A stretch of DNA of 64,000 bases, taken from an uncultured Gammaproteobacteria bacterium. GTDB taxonomy: Bacteria; Patescibacteriota; Patescibacteriia; S139-126. Shown one piece after another: positions 47,241-58,266 of the stretch (the first letter of the stretch is position 1; every line of letters begins with the position of its first letter). Made by a program: the position numbers and the translations under genes. The stretch spans positions 473,513-537,512 of the forward strand of contig CAZBLW010000001.1 in NCBI GenBank assembly GCA_964493305.1. Reading direction: 5' to 3'. The notes under the pieces were generated by a model. That model was given only the letters and a program-made list of their open reading frames with translations, was not told the DNA's origin and did no database searches.

Positions 47241-47690
47241 TTACTTACCGATATTGGGAAATTTTAAACTGGACGGAGCTGACATTTGAGTTCGAATGAC
47301 AACTTCTTTATAATTCTCTTTGTAATCCTCCACCCGTTCGTAATTTTTATCGGGAAAATTATCAGGTAATTGATCAACTGGAAAATAATCAGCAGCTACA
47401 TAGTTACCACTGGGTTTGGGATTTTGTCTCTTATTCATCAATTTTACCAAAAATAAAACCACCAACTCATTTTGTATCGGTTTAGAATATAAACCAATTA
47501 CTCTTTCGATACTAATAGTCAAACCCAATTTTTGATGAATCATTTTAACTATTGATTCATCAATAGTCTCGCCCAAAGCCAACTCACCACCGGGTAATCT
47601 CCACATATCACGATCTGATCTTTTTACCAATAAAACTTCCCCACCTTTGGGAATTATTGCATTAACCGATAATTTAAAATCATGAGACAT
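47241..47690 (-). CDS. NUDIX hydrolase
   Basis: GGELALGETIDESIVKMIHQKLGL is a Nudix box. Confidence 0.7.
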   Translation of the reverse strand: MSHDFKLSVNAIIPKGGEVLLVKRSDRDMWRLPGGELALGETIDESIVKMIHQKLGLTISIERVIGLYSKPIQNELVVLFLVKLMNKRQNPKPSGNYVAADYFPVDQLPDNFPDKNYERVEDYKENYKEVVIRTQMSAPSSLKFPNIGK

Positions 47691-47718
47691 ATAAAAATAT
47701 TAAGGATTAAATAAAAAT

Positions 47719-48570
47719 TTAATTTGTTTTATTATTTAAATAATCTTCTACAGCCAATTGCCAACTTCTTAATTTTGGTAACTTGTTATTGTGCAAAATA
47801 GCATATTGGGGACGCTTAGCCAATGTTTTAAAATCTGTACTTTGGCTTGGTTTAATTTTAGCATCGATACCCTTTATCTGCAAAGCAAATTTTGCCAATT
47901 CATACCAATTGGTTATTCCTTCGTTGACGATATGATAAATACCGGGATTATAATTTTCCCATAACATGGTTTTTATCCCTTGGGCTAAATCATTAGTGTA
48001 AGTAGGGTGTCCCCATTGGTCATTCACAACTGAGAATTCTTCACCTTGTTGCGCTTTAGCTAATATAGTATCAATAAAATTTTTTCCTCTAGGCTTGCCT
48101 TTTTGGGGAGCCTGACCGTATAACCAAGAGGTTCTAACAATAAACCATTCACATTGGGAGTTTATTAAAATTTTTTCTGCTTGAGCTTTAGATTGACCGT
48201 AGATATTGATTGGATCGGGTTGGTCAGTTTCATTATAACCTTCTTTATTCTCACCGCTAAAAACATATTCGGTGCTAATTTGTACCAATTTTGCTTTGAG
48301 AGCGGCAGCTGTTTGGCTTAAATATTCAATAGCGGTAGCATTGATACTAAAAACCTGTTCCGGATCAGTCTCTGCTCCATCAACATTAGTATAAGCTGCT
48401 GTATTAATAATTATTTCTGGGTGTAACGAAGTTATTTTTTCTTGAACCTGGTGTTCAGAGGTAATATCAAGTTCTTCTTTATCCCACAACGACGGTTTAT
48501 ATTCTAAAAAAACTTTAGCCAAATCATACCCCAACATTCCCCCAGCCCCAATTATTAATATTTTTTTCAT
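47719..48570 (-). CDS. rmlD: dTDP-4-dehydrorhamnose reductase
   Basis: MKKILIIGAGGMLG is a Rossmann motif. The SDR fold, ~280 aa length and rml context fit RmlD. Confidence 0.75.
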   Translation of the reverse strand: MKKILIIGAGGMLGYDLAKVFLEYKPSLWDKEELDITSEHQVQEKITSLHPEIIINTAAYTNVDGAETDPEQVFSINATAIEYLSQTAAALKAKLVQISTEYVFSGENKEGYNETDQPDPINIYGQSKAQAEKILINSQCEWFIVRTSWLYGQAPQKGKPRGKNFIDTILAKAQQGEEFSVVNDQWGHPTYTNDLAQGIKTMLWENYNPGIYHIVNEGITNWYELAKFALQIKGIDAKIKPSQSTDFKTLAKRPQYAILHNNKLPKLRSWQLAVEDYLNNKTN

Positions 48571-48579
48571 GGCAAAATT

Positions 48580-49152
48580 TTATTTAATAATTTGAACATT
48601 ACTAGGTAGTTTTTCAATAATAATCTTCAAATCTAATGCAGAATAGTTATTGCCCGAAATGTCCAATACTTTAAGATTTTTTAAATCACCTAATTCGTAA
48701 GGTAAACCTGTTAATTGGTTGTTAGCTAAATTAAGTATTTCTAAATTTTTTAACTGACCAATCTCAGCTGGTACTCCAGTCATTTGATTATTACTGGCAT
48801 TCAGTACAACTAAATTCTGTAAATGTCTAATTTCAGCTTGAATAGCACCGGATAACAAATTATTGGAAACATTTAACTCTTGTAAATTAGTTTTATCAAA
48901 AACATTATTTGGTATTTTAGTTAATCCTTGTCCGCTTAAGTCTAATTTATTTTTAGTTGCTATTTCAATATTTTTATTATTTTGATTTTCTAAAGTTAAA
49001 TCGTTATTACTTTGTTTTTCATCAGTTGTAGTATTGGTTAAACTATTGTCTGATTTAGATTTATCTATCTCATTAGTAGTAGGAGTAGAAAGCAAAGAAC
49101 AACCACTTAAAAATAAAGTGATTAAACTGAAAAGTAAAAAATATTTTTTCAT
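48580..49152 (-). CDS. Leucine-rich-repeat lipoprotein
   Basis: The lipobox LFLSGC follows a signal peptide. There are at least five 22-23-aa LRRs (LxxLxxLxLxxNxLxGxPxEIGx). Confidence 0.7.
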   Translation of the reverse strand: MKKYFLLFSLITLFLSGCSLLSTPTTNEIDKSKSDNSLTNTTTDEKQSNNDLTLENQNNKNIEIATKNKLDLSGQGLTKIPNNVFDKTNLQELNVSNNLLSGAIQAEIRHLQNLVVLNASNNQMTGVPAEIGQLKNLEILNLANNQLTGLPYELGDLKNLKVLDISGNNYSALDLKIIIEKLPSNVQIIK

Positions 49153-49168
49153 AATTATTTAGTATTAG

Positions 49169-50155
49169 TTATTTAGTAGTAGCCTGATTTAAAATTTTTT
49201 GCCACCAAGATTGATTTTCAATATACCAATCAATAGTTTTTTTCAAATAAGTATCAAAATCATACTGCGGGGCGTAACCTAACTCTTGTTGCGCTTTAGT
49301 CCAATCCACTGCATAACGACGATCATGGCCCGGACGATCATTGACAAATTTTATATACGACTCGTCTTTATTTAAAATACTTAAAACTTTTTTAGTGATG
49401 GTAATATTGTTGACATCTTCAGTCATGCCACCTATACAGTAAGTTTTTCCTAAGGATGAAGATTTGATGACCAAATCAATTGCTCGACAGTGATCTTCCA
49501 CATAAAGCCAATCTCTAACGTATAAACCATCACCATAAACAGGTACTGGCTGGTCTTGCAATAAATTTATTATCATTACCGGTAAAAATTTCTCAGGAAA
49601 CTGATAAGGACCGAAATTGTTGGAACAGTTGGTAATAGTATAGGGCAATCCAAAGGTATCTCCATAAGCCCTAACTAAATGGTCGGCTGCTGCTTTAGAG
49701 GCACTGTATGGTGAATGAGGGTTATAAGGCGTTATTTCGCTAAATTTAGCCGTATTACCTAATTCTAGGGCACCAAATACCTCATCAGTGGAAACCTGGT
49801 GAAAATGGGCTATTTTATGCTTTAAACAGGCATCTAAAAGTACTTGCGTGCCCAAAACATTTGTTTCAATAAACACAGCTGGTCCAGTGATTGATCTATC
49901 CACATGACTTTCTGCTGCAAAATGGACTACCAAATCAACCCCAGGCAAAACTTGGTCCAATACAGCTGCGTCACCAATATCACCTTTTACAAAACTATAA
50001 TTTTGCTGATTGGCAACAGTTTTTAAATTATCTAAATTGCCAGCATAAGTTAGTTTATCTAAATTGATAATTTGATCATCCGGATACTTGGCTAACCAAT
50101 AAAGTATAAAGTTACTACCAATAAAACCTGCTCCTCCGGTCACTAATATTTTCAT
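49169..50155 (-). CDS. rmlB: dTDP-glucose 4,6-dehydratase
   Basis: MKILVTGGAGFIGSNF and a YxxxK SDR catalytic core. Length is 328 aa. Confidence 0.9.
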   Translation of the reverse strand: MKILVTGGAGFIGSNFILYWLAKYPDDQIINLDKLTYAGNLDNLKTVANQQNYSFVKGDIGDAAVLDQVLPGVDLVVHFAAESHVDRSITGPAVFIETNVLGTQVLLDACLKHKIAHFHQVSTDEVFGALELGNTAKFSEITPYNPHSPYSASKAAADHLVRAYGDTFGLPYTITNCSNNFGPYQFPEKFLPVMIINLLQDQPVPVYGDGLYVRDWLYVEDHCRAIDLVIKSSSLGKTYCIGGMTEDVNNITITKKVLSILNKDESYIKFVNDRPGHDRRYAVDWTKAQQELGYAPQYDFDTYLKKTIDWYIENQSWWQKILNQATTK

Positions 50156-50197
50156 AATAATTTACTTAATACTTATTTCTACCTTCGATATTCACTT

Positions 50198-51454
50198 CTA
50201 AGTTCCCATTTCCCAGCTGGCTAAATATTCTTTTTGTTCAGCTGTTAAATTATCTATCTTACTACCCATGGTTTTCAACTTTAACCGGGCGATTTCTAAA
50301 TCTAATCTATTGGGTAAATTATAAACGTTTGGATTTAATTTATTTTTATTTTCTTTAATATATTTTGCTGCCAAAAATTGTCCGGCAAAACTCATATCCA
50401 TAACTTGAGCCGGATGACCTTCAGCAGCTGACAAATTCACTAATCGTCCTTCTGACAATAAATATAAAGTCCTGTTAGGTAATTCATAAGCGGTTACTTC
50501 AGGTCTAACTAAATTGATAGATTTAGACATTTTTTTTAAGGCTTGTACATTTATCTCTACATCAAAATGTCCGGTATTAGCCATTACTGCTCCTGGTTTC
50601 ATTTTTATAAAATGCTTTTTATCAAGCACATTAATATCACCAGTAGCAGTAATAAAAATATCACCAACTTTTACTGCTTGAATCATGGGCATAACTCTAA
50701 AACCATCCATTTTTGCTTCCAAGGCTCTAACTGGATCAACTTCGGTAACAATAACATCGGCTCCATGTCCTTTAGCCCGCATAGCTACTCCCCGGCCACA
50801 CCAACCATAACCAGCAATAACCAAAGTTTTACCCGCTAACAAAATATTTGTGGCACGTATTAATCCATCTACAGTTGACTGACCTGTGCCATAACGATTA
50901 TCAAATAAATGTTTAGTTTGAGCATCATTTACCGCAATAATTGGATAAGCTAATTTTTTTTGCTTAGCTAAAGCTTTTAGTCTAATTACTCCGGTGGTAG
51001 TTTCTTCGGTACCACCCCAAATATTTTTTAATAAACTGGTTTTTTCACTATGCAACATTTTTACCAAATCAGCCCCGTCATCCATGGTAAAATTGGTAGA
51101 TTTAGCAATCACTGCACGCAATTGTTTAAAATAATCACCGCGATTTGCACCTCGAACAGCAAAGACGCTAATACCATAATCTTTGACTAAACTAGCAGCT
51201 ATTTCATCTTGCGTTGATAAAGGGTTAGATGCTGACAAGCTAACCTTAGCACCAGTTTTTTTCAATAAAATCATTAGGTTGGCCGTTTCACTGGTAACAT
51301 GCATACAAGCGGCTATATTTAAACCACGCATTGGTTGGGAGGTTTTAAATTTTTTTTCTAAATGCCACAAAACGGGCATGCCTTTTTTTGCCCACTCAAT
51401 CTTTTTACGACCGTTAGCTGCTAAATTTATATTTTTAACTTTATTTGGTATCAT
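50198..51454 (-). CDS. ahcY: Adenosylhomocysteinase
   Basis: SAHH N-terminal and NAD domains are present, including AGYGWCGRG. Confidence 0.9.
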   Translation of the reverse strand: MIPNKVKNINLAANGRKKIEWAKKGMPVLWHLEKKFKTSQPMRGLNIAACMHVTSETANLMILLKKTGAKVSLSASNPLSTQDEIAASLVKDYGISVFAVRGANRGDYFKQLRAVIAKSTNFTMDDGADLVKMLHSEKTSLLKNIWGGTEETTTGVIRLKALAKQKKLAYPIIAVNDAQTKHLFDNRYGTGQSTVDGLIRATNILLAGKTLVIAGYGWCGRGVAMRAKGHGADVIVTEVDPVRALEAKMDGFRVMPMIQAVKVGDIFITATGDINVLDKKHFIKMKPGAVMANTGHFDVEINVQALKKMSKSINLVRPEVTAYELPNRTLYLLSEGRLVNLSAAEGHPAQVMDMSFAGQFLAAKYIKENKNKLNPNVYNLPNRLDLEIARLKLKTMGSKIDNLTAEQKEYLASWEMGT

Positions 51455-51867
51455 AATTCAATAGTAAATTTTCTTATTAAATCACCATATTCTTTCATTT
51501 CCTGGTCATCATACGCTTGACCCTCCCACATTCGTAAATTGTCATCATGATGTCTAGGAATAATATGAAAATGTAGGTGTTGCACAACTTGACCTGAAGC
51601 TTCGCCATTATTTAAACCAATATTAAAACCATCAGCGTCCAATGCTATCATCATTTTAGGCGCAATTTTTTTTATGGTGTTTATACATTTTTCCAATTCT
51701 TCAATTGGCGTCTCCAGTAAATCTTTAAAATGCTTTTTAGTCACTACTAAAATATGCCCCTTGGTAACCGGTGAGATATCTAGAAAAGCTAAGGTATGAT
51801 CATCCTCATATACTTTTTCACTTGGTATTTCACCAACAACAATTTTACAAAAAACACAGTCATGCAT
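51451..51867 (-). CDS. HIT-family hydrolase (histidine triad)
   Basis: The triad motif HLHFHIIPR is present, with an N-terminal CVFC. Confidence 0.85.
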   Translation of the reverse strand: MHDCVFCKIVVGEIPSEKVYEDDHTLAFLDISPVTKGHILVVTKKHFKDLLETPIEELEKCINTIKKIAPKMMIALDADGFNIGLNNGEASGQVVQHLHFHIIPRHHDDNLRMWEGQAYDDQEMKEYGDLIRKFTIEL

Positions 51868-51910
51868 AAAAATAAAATTAAAAATTTAGAATATAAATAA
51901 AAAATTACTA

Positions 51911-52402
51911 TTAATCATCAACAATTGGTTCACTTTTCCAATCAAATCCAATTTTATCATCATTAAATGCTATTCTCTTTTCATCTGGGTTAGTAGCATT
52001 GTAACTTTCTGTTGTGTGATAAAAAAGCAAAACCGGCTCAACAGATAAAACTTTATAACCATGAGCTACTCCTATAGGAATAACAATTAACTTATAATCT
52101 CCTTCGCCAGCGTAAATAACTTGTGTTTTACCAAAAGTCGGCGAATCTTTTCTTAAATCAAACAAAACCACCATAGCTTTACCAGTAGCAACAAACCACA
52201 AATCATCTTGTAGTTCGTGATAATGAAAGGCTTTAATTGTCCCCTGATAAGCAACCGTAAAAGTAGTTTGTCCAAACTTTTTTAGTAAATTATCGTCCGC
52301 GCGCAAAACTTCCAACAAAAAACCAGGTTCACTTAGCGCTTCCTCGGTATCGGGAATATCAGCATGAACTTTTAATTTTTTTATAATAACTCCTGCTATC
52401 AT
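51911..52402 (-). CDS. rmlC: dTDP-4-dehydrorhamnose 3,5-epimerase-like cupin
   Basis: FHYHELQDDLWFVATGKAMVVLFDLRKDSPTFGK...IPIGVAHGY has the RmlC-like pattern. It would complete the rmlABCD set. Confidence 0.6.
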   Translation of the reverse strand: MIAGVIIKKLKVHADIPDTEEALSEPGFLLEVLRADDNLLKKFGQTTFTVAYQGTIKAFHYHELQDDLWFVATGKAMVVLFDLRKDSPTFGKTQVIYAGEGDYKLIVIPIGVAHGYKVLSVEPVLLFYHTTESYNATNPDEKRIAFNDDKIGFDWKSEPIVDD

Positions 52403-52454
52403 ATATGTTATGGTAATGAATATAATTATTTATAGCAAATCAATTCAATAGTTG

Positions 52455-52814
52455 TCACTTTAAATGTTTATAAAATATGCGTAAAACAAAAAACCCAAAA
52501 AACAACCCCACCCAAGCGAACCAAAAATTATAACTTAACAATTTAAAGGTTAGCAATAAACTTATAAAAATAATTAAATAGCTAAAAAATTTTAGATATT
52601 TAAGATTAGGTGGTTTGGGTTGATAACTATCTTGACTAAACATTTGCCAGACAAATAAACCTAAAATAATGGGTACCAACCAGTGAGGAGTAAAATGGAC
52701 CTTAACTAAATAAGGTTTTAAATCTTCCAAAATTAATAAAAAAATAAAAATGGCAATTGACCAAATTAATAAAATTTTAATAAACCTTTGTCCTACCTGT
52801 TTAAACATAATCAA
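52455..52814 (-). CDS. Small polytopic membrane protein, hypothetical
   Basis: Three or four hydrophobic segments. Confidence 0.35.
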   Translation of the reverse strand: MIMFKQVGQRFIKILLIWSIAIFIFLLILEDLKPYLVKVHFTPHWLVPIILGLFVWQMFSQDSYQPKPPNLKYLKFFSYLIIFISLLLTFKLLSYNFWFAWVGLFFGFFVLRIFYKHLK

Positions 52815-53659
52815 AATCTATTTTTTAACCGATTCAGAAAACGAAACAATTTATCCGTAAAATTTTGCTGGGTAATCGGTTCTTTCTCTAAATCAAATTT
52901 TACTGACCGGACATTGACTGTTTGTTTGTTCTGGGCTAGATCTGGTGACGAAATAACAAACTTATAAATATGCCCCGCTAACCAGAGTTCATTTGGTAGA
53001 AAACTAGCTGTAGCTTGCCGCCAGCCGTTACCTAGATCTTGGGCTGGTTGATAAGTCGTCAATAGAAAATCAAAATCTTGACTAGTAAAATTTTGCTCCC
53101 ATTCTTTTGTATTTATATCTGCCAACCTAAATGAATTAAAATTATAAGTAACGTACTCTGCCGTCGGATACTGTTCTAAAATATCCGACCAATTATTTAA
53201 TTCGACGGGTAATGATTTTCTGCCGGCACAAATCGAAACGTCAGTTGAGGGAGAATAAGCAAATTTTTTACAATCTAATTGTAAACTCTCAAAATAAAAA
53301 TTATAAACTGGTTTTAGAGTTATTTGCCAACCTTCGTCACTACCCAATCCCCCCAACTCTAAGATCGTCTGATTATCACTTAATTGGAATTCCACTGAGA
53401 AATCAATTTTCTGATATAACCTAGGTATATACAAATCAAAATAAACCGGATCAATTGCTATTTGCCAATAATTATTATTTACTCCCAGTCGATCTTCCGG
53501 ATATGGTCCTCGAACGAGTTTATTGTTTTTATTATAAGTGTGTACTATTGACCTTTGACCGCTGGGATTAATATCGTACCATACCAAATAAAGCAATATA
53601 AAAAAAACCAAAACAACCATGGCCAAATTGATCAATTTAGATATTTTATCAATTTTCAT
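52811..53659 (-). CDS. Bitopic membrane protein with large extracytoplasmic domain, hypothetical
   Basis: An N-terminal TM segment. No recognisable motifs. Confidence 0.4.
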   Translation of the reverse strand: MKIDKISKLINLAMVVLVFFILLYLVWYDINPSGQRSIVHTYNKNNKLVRGPYPEDRLGVNNNYWQIAIDPVYFDLYIPRLYQKIDFSVEFQLSDNQTILELGGLGSDEGWQITLKPVYNFYFESLQLDCKKFAYSPSTDVSICAGRKSLPVELNNWSDILEQYPTAEYVTYNFNSFRLADINTKEWEQNFTSQDFDFLLTTYQPAQDLGNGWRQATASFLPNELWLAGHIYKFVISSPDLAQNKQTVNVRSVKFDLEKEPITQQNFTDKLFRFLNRLKNRF

Positions 53660-53730
53660 AAATCAATTATAGCAAAAATACAAGGATTTTTACATTTCAT
53701 TTAAAAAGCAAAGCTTGATACAATATTAGC

Positions 53731-55014
53731 ATGGCTTCACTCAAAAATATCTTGAAAAAAAATACCGCTTACCTAGGGCTTTCCGAAGGGGTGTCGATGT
53801 TAATTTTATTCGTAATTAGTGTTTTGGTGGCGAGAAAATTAGGACAGACAGTTTACGGTCAATTTGCCTTTATCTTGGCTTTTGCTCAAATTTGGCAAGT
53901 GGTAGCTGACTTCGGCCTGTCTATGTTGGCTATCCGTGATATTAGTACCAATAAAAATAATGTTAAAACAATTTTAAGCAATTATATTTCTTTAAAAATT
54001 GTTTTAGGAATACTAACCTACCTACTGATAATTATCTCGGCTCTAATTCTCAACAAACCTTTGTTTATAAAAGAATTAATTATAATTGCCGGTGCTTATC
54101 TAATTATTTATACCTTGGCTGAACTGCTCCGAGCTGTGTTTAGAGCTTATGAAAAATTTAAATACGAAGCTCTGATAAAAATCAGTCAACACGTTATTCT
54201 TTTACTGCTGATTATTTATGCTATCTTTATCCAATCATTATTTGCCGTTGTTTGGGCTTATTTTGTAGCTGCTATTTATGCTTTAGTAGTAAGCGCCTGG
54301 TTGATAAAATCAAAATTTACCAGCTTCAATTGGCACTGGGATAAACCACAAATTAAAATTATTATAAAACAAGCCTGGCCACTGGCTTTAGCCAATATGT
54401 TTGTTATTATTTATTTTCGGATAGATACTGTGATGTTATCAATGATCAAAGATGATTTAGCTACGGCTTGGTATAACGCGGCTTATCTGTTAATTTTCTC
54501 TTTAACTTTTGTGGCTTATATACTGATTATGTCAGTCTACCCTAAACTTTCTCAACTTGCTCTAGAATCAATCAACGCCTGTCGCTTACTGTACCGCAAA
54601 ACCTTACTGCTTATGTCTTTGGCGGGATTAATAATTTTAGGTATAGCCGTTGTCATAGCTAAATGGTTGATTATTTATATTTATGGCCAAAGTTTTGCAC
54701 CGGCAGTGCATGTTTTTTATATTTTATCACTAGCGGTATTTTTTTCTTTTTTAGCTCATGTTTGGCTATATACTTTAAATGCCTTAGGTAAACAAATAAG
54801 TTATACTTTAGCCACTGGATTTGGTATGCTAATGAATATCGGATTAAACTTTTATTGGATACCAAAATTTTCTTATATCGGGGCAGCTTGGGCTACGGTT
54901 TTAACTGAGATTACTACGGGTTTAATTATTTATGGTTTAGTAGAATATTATTTGAATAAAAAATTTGTTCAAATTAAAAAAACACCATCTCCTCATCTAA
55001 ACAATCCTATTTAA
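53731..55014 (+). CDS. Polysaccharide biosynthesis flippase (MOP/Wzx-like)
   Basis: About 12 TM segments in two halves. It sits in a glycosyltransferase neighbourhood. Confidence 0.6.
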   Translation: MASLKNILKKNTAYLGLSEGVSMLILFVISVLVARKLGQTVYGQFAFILAFAQIWQVVADFGLSMLAIRDISTNKNNVKTILSNYISLKIVLGILTYLLIIISALILNKPLFIKELIIIAGAYLIIYTLAELLRAVFRAYEKFKYEALIKISQHVILLLLIIYAIFIQSLFAVVWAYFVAAIYALVVSAWLIKSKFTSFNWHWDKPQIKIIIKQAWPLALANMFVIIYFRIDTVMLSMIKDDLATAWYNAAYLLIFSLTFVAYILIMSVYPKLSQLALESINACRLLYRKTLLLMSLAGLIILGIAVVIAKWLIIYIYGQSFAPAVHVFYILSLAVFFSFLAHVWLYTLNALGKQISYTLATGFGMLMNIGLNFYWIPKFSYIGAAWATVLTEITTGLIIYGLVEYYLNKKFVQIKKTPSPHLNNPI

Positions 55015-55017
55015 TTT

Positions 55018-56028
55018 ATGCCGACTATTGCTATTTCTATACTTCACCATAAAAATACAACTCTAACTGGCAACTGTTTAGAATCTTTAAAAAAACAGAC
55101 ATTTAAAAATTTCCATATTTATTTACTAATCCAAGGTGCAACCCGCGAAGATGAAATCACTTTACAGAATCTTTATGGTAATGAAAAAAATATTACTATC
55201 AGAGTAGAGACGGAAAATAAAGGTTTTGCTGAGGGTAATAACCTCAATATTAGACAAGCTTTACAAAACAATCAGACCGAATATATTCTCACCTTAAATA
55301 ATGATACTGTAGTTGATAAAAAATTTTTACAAGAATTAATAAATACCGCAACCACTAGCAACTCGGATATGGTGCAAGCTAAAATGCTAAAAATGGATGA
55401 CCCTCAACAAATTGATTGTCTAGGTATTGAGTTAATGATGTCTGGCTTAACTTTTAACATTAAATCACCAAATAAAATTCTGTTTTGTCCTTCTGCTGGA
55501 GCGGCCTTATACAGTCGTAAATTACTAGAAAGTTGTCGTGAAGAAAAACAAGTCTCTATAGGTTTTGAATCAAGAATTGTATATGACTATTTCGATTCTA
55601 GTTTTTTTGCTTATGCCGAAGATTTTGATCTCGGTTTTAGAGCCAGATTATTAGGGTTTCAAGCAACCTTATCTCCGCAAGCTATCTGTTGGCATAAAGG
55701 CTCAGCAACCACCGGTACTATGTCAGATTTTGCTGTTTATCATACTTACCGCAACTTAATATTTGCCCTGTATAAAAATTTACCAACCAAACTATGGTGG
55801 GAATACGGAATTTTTATTTTAATTGGTCAAATTATTATTAAACTAAACTCATTGCGCCGCCAACAGTTAAAAACCTACGTTGCCGCTTTTTACTATGCCC
55901 TAAAAAACTTAAATAAATTCCAATTAAAAAGAAGTAACATCCAGTCCCGCCTAACCTCTGAGATTAAACCTTATATAACAAAAAAATTAATTGCCGATGA
56001 TTATTGGCCCATCAAAAATAAGGCTTAA
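55018..56028 (+). CDS. Family-2 glycosyltransferase
   Basis: An N-terminal GT-A fold with DxD-type context. It is coupled to the flippase. Confidence 0.7.
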   Translation: MPTIAISILHHKNTTLTGNCLESLKKQTFKNFHIYLLIQGATREDEITLQNLYGNEKNITIRVETENKGFAEGNNLNIRQALQNNQTEYILTLNNDTVVDKKFLQELINTATTSNSDMVQAKMLKMDDPQQIDCLGIELMMSGLTFNIKSPNKILFCPSAGAALYSRKLLESCREEKQVSIGFESRIVYDYFDSSFFAYAEDFDLGFRARLLGFQATLSPQAICWHKGSATTGTMSDFAVYHTYRNLIFALYKNLPTKLWWEYGIFILIGQIIIKLNSLRRQQLKTYVAAFYYALKNLNKFQLKRSNIQSRLTSEIKPYITKKLIADDYWPIKNKA

Positions 56029-56040
56029 TATTTTTTTATA

Positions 56041-58266
56041 TCAATCAGAGCTGTCTTGTGTAAATCGCCAGAGATAAACTTTGCCAATTTGTTCCTGTGG
56101 ATCTCCCAATAGCTCGATATTTGTTTGCCAAACATCATCTGACATCCATTTTTTTTCTACCATATACCAGCACTCCCTAGCACCAGTTACTGCAAATGCT
56201 TTAGCTAACCAATTATCAACTTTTGGTTTTCTTATCAAACCTTCAAAAATCTTTACTCGTTCTGGTTGGGCGTATTCCAAATAAACTGGGAAGCCACCAG
56301 CAATTATCTCTCGCCCGGAAACATATTCTAAGCCAAGTAAGGGCCAGGTATTGGCCACTACACAATAAGGTGAATTTTTATCTATATTATCCCAGACAAA
56401 ATTGGCAGCTTTTATTTCATCATGCGTTACCACTTCCAAAACCGGACCAGAAGTATAGGTTGAAGCGGCTACCAAGGATATAAATATTATCAAACCATAA
56501 ATTTTTACAAATTTATCGACTTTAGGTAAAAAATCATTTATTAAATAAAAAACGCCCAAAGCTATTAGCACTAACCAAAAAAATGAAATAGTTACATCGA
56601 GTCTTCTGGCTAAAATATGGTTACCCTCCATAAAGTACCAAGAAAAGACATAGCTAACTATCATAACCACCAACGACAGTAAAAAAAATATAGCTATTTT
56701 TTTGTCTGCCAATTTTCTTATTTTTTCAATACCGGCTAAAGCCAATAACCAAATCAAACCGGTAAACATAAGTGGCAACAATCTTAAATTGAAAAGTGAA
56801 GCTTGGCTTTGAGTTTGTCTAGTTTGATTATATAACCAATTACCTTGATCAATATGTGTAGGTCTGGGTATAAAAGCCACTACACCGGTTAAGGTGCCAA
56901 AAGCATCAGCTAACTGGTTAAAAACTACACTGGGGTTTAAAATATTTTCTTTTACTGCACCGTAACCCATAACTATTTCTAAAACTGGCACTACTAAACA
57001 AGACAGTATCAACCAAGTTATTAAAACATATCGCCTGACTTTAGGTTTACGTATTTCTCCCCACAGTAAAAAACCAACGCCCATAACCAAAATGATAATA
57101 AAATACAAAACATAGCTAAAATACATGAGTAAACTAAGTAAAATAGCTATATTTCTAACTCTTTGGTCTTGGTTTCTAATATAATAAAGCCATAAATATA
57201 ATACGGCCAGAAAATAAATAAAACCTAAAGATACCGGTATAGTTATAGCACCAAATACTTGTAAGGTATAAAAAATTGTTGGTAAAAAAGCTACCAATAA
57301 TCTAAACTGTTTAGACTGATAAATAAAACCAGCAATCTGATACAATAACAAGGGTATAAAAAAGGACCACAAGATATAAATTAACCAATAATCAATCCAA
57401 AAAATATTTACATTTAAAAAATAACTAAGTAAAAGTGTTAAGCCCCACTGATTTCCATATGATGTTTTATTGCCAGCCAACAATACTTCTGGTACTTGCC
57501 AGGGACCAATTGACATCATTTTCAATGGTTCACCAATTAAACTTGGACTATATACTTGTTCGCTAGCTAAATATTTTTCCGAAGCTAAATGCCGCCATTT
57601 ATCCCCTCCGAAACCAGTCTGATAGACAATCGGCAAATAGGCATGCAAAAAATAAGAATGTAAAACAATTAGTACAATAATAAATCCTGTTTTAAGTTTG
57701 GAAAATATCAAAACTCCAATGCTAAATGTGATCAATAAAAAAATATAGATAAATATCTTTGGTATTACTTGCCAAGGAGTAATAATATAATCACCAGTAC
57801 GCGCTGAGAGTAACAAGACAATACCTAAAATAAATAATAATGGTAAAGCATAAGTTAAATAAAAAGGCGGCCGGATAGAAAAATCAGACTCAGCAGAGAT
57901 TACCTGTTGTTGGGAAAAAGTAAGACTTTTACCCAACCAAAAAAAGACTAGAGCTAAAAATACTACCGACAATAATGCAAATAAATTAGAATACTTATAA
58001 AAATTAACAAAAATTGCAATAGTAAAACTCAACCAATAAATAAATACCAAATAACCGAAAACCAACGATTTAAAAGGTGATAAATTAAGTAATCGATTAA
58101 AAAATACACCTGCATAAATGCCGGTCATTATAAAAAATATAACAAAAGCTATGGTATTCAACCATGGAGTTTGTTGCCAAAAAAAATTCAGCCCCAAAAC
58201 AATAATATTCAACCAATAAAAAATATTTAGATTCCGGCGATTGGATGCTTGAAATAATTTATACAT
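56041..58266 (-). CDS. Very large polytopic membrane protein (~14+ TM) with C-terminal soluble domain; possible GT-C-fold glycosyltransferase
   Basis: Length is 741 aa. Dense TM segments run through the first ~600 aa and the tail is hydrophilic. GT2/GT4/DUF2304/polyprenol-P-sugar-synthase-like genes flank it. Confidence 0.5.
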   Translation of the reverse strand: MYKLFQASNRRNLNIFYWLNIIVLGLNFFWQQTPWLNTIAFVIFFIMTGIYAGVFFNRLLNLSPFKSLVFGYLVFIYWLSFTIAIFVNFYKYSNLFALLSVVFLALVFFWLGKSLTFSQQQVISAESDFSIRPPFYLTYALPLLFILGIVLLLSARTGDYIITPWQVIPKIFIYIFLLITFSIGVLIFSKLKTGFIIVLIVLHSYFLHAYLPIVYQTGFGGDKWRHLASEKYLASEQVYSPSLIGEPLKMMSIGPWQVPEVLLAGNKTSYGNQWGLTLLLSYFLNVNIFWIDYWLIYILWSFFIPLLLYQIAGFIYQSKQFRLLVAFLPTIFYTLQVFGAITIPVSLGFIYFLAVLYLWLYYIRNQDQRVRNIAILLSLLMYFSYVLYFIIILVMGVGFLLWGEIRKPKVRRYVLITWLILSCLVVPVLEIVMGYGAVKENILNPSVVFNQLADAFGTLTGVVAFIPRPTHIDQGNWLYNQTRQTQSQASLFNLRLLPLMFTGLIWLLALAGIEKIRKLADKKIAIFFLLSLVVMIVSYVFSWYFMEGNHILARRLDVTISFFWLVLIALGVFYLINDFLPKVDKFVKIYGLIIFISLVAASTYTSGPVLEVVTHDEIKAANFVWDNIDKNSPYCVVANTWPLLGLEYVSGREIIAGGFPVYLEYAQPERVKIFEGLIRKPKVDNWLAKAFAVTGARECWYMVEKKWMSDDVWQTNIELLGDPQEQIGKVYLWRFTQDSSD

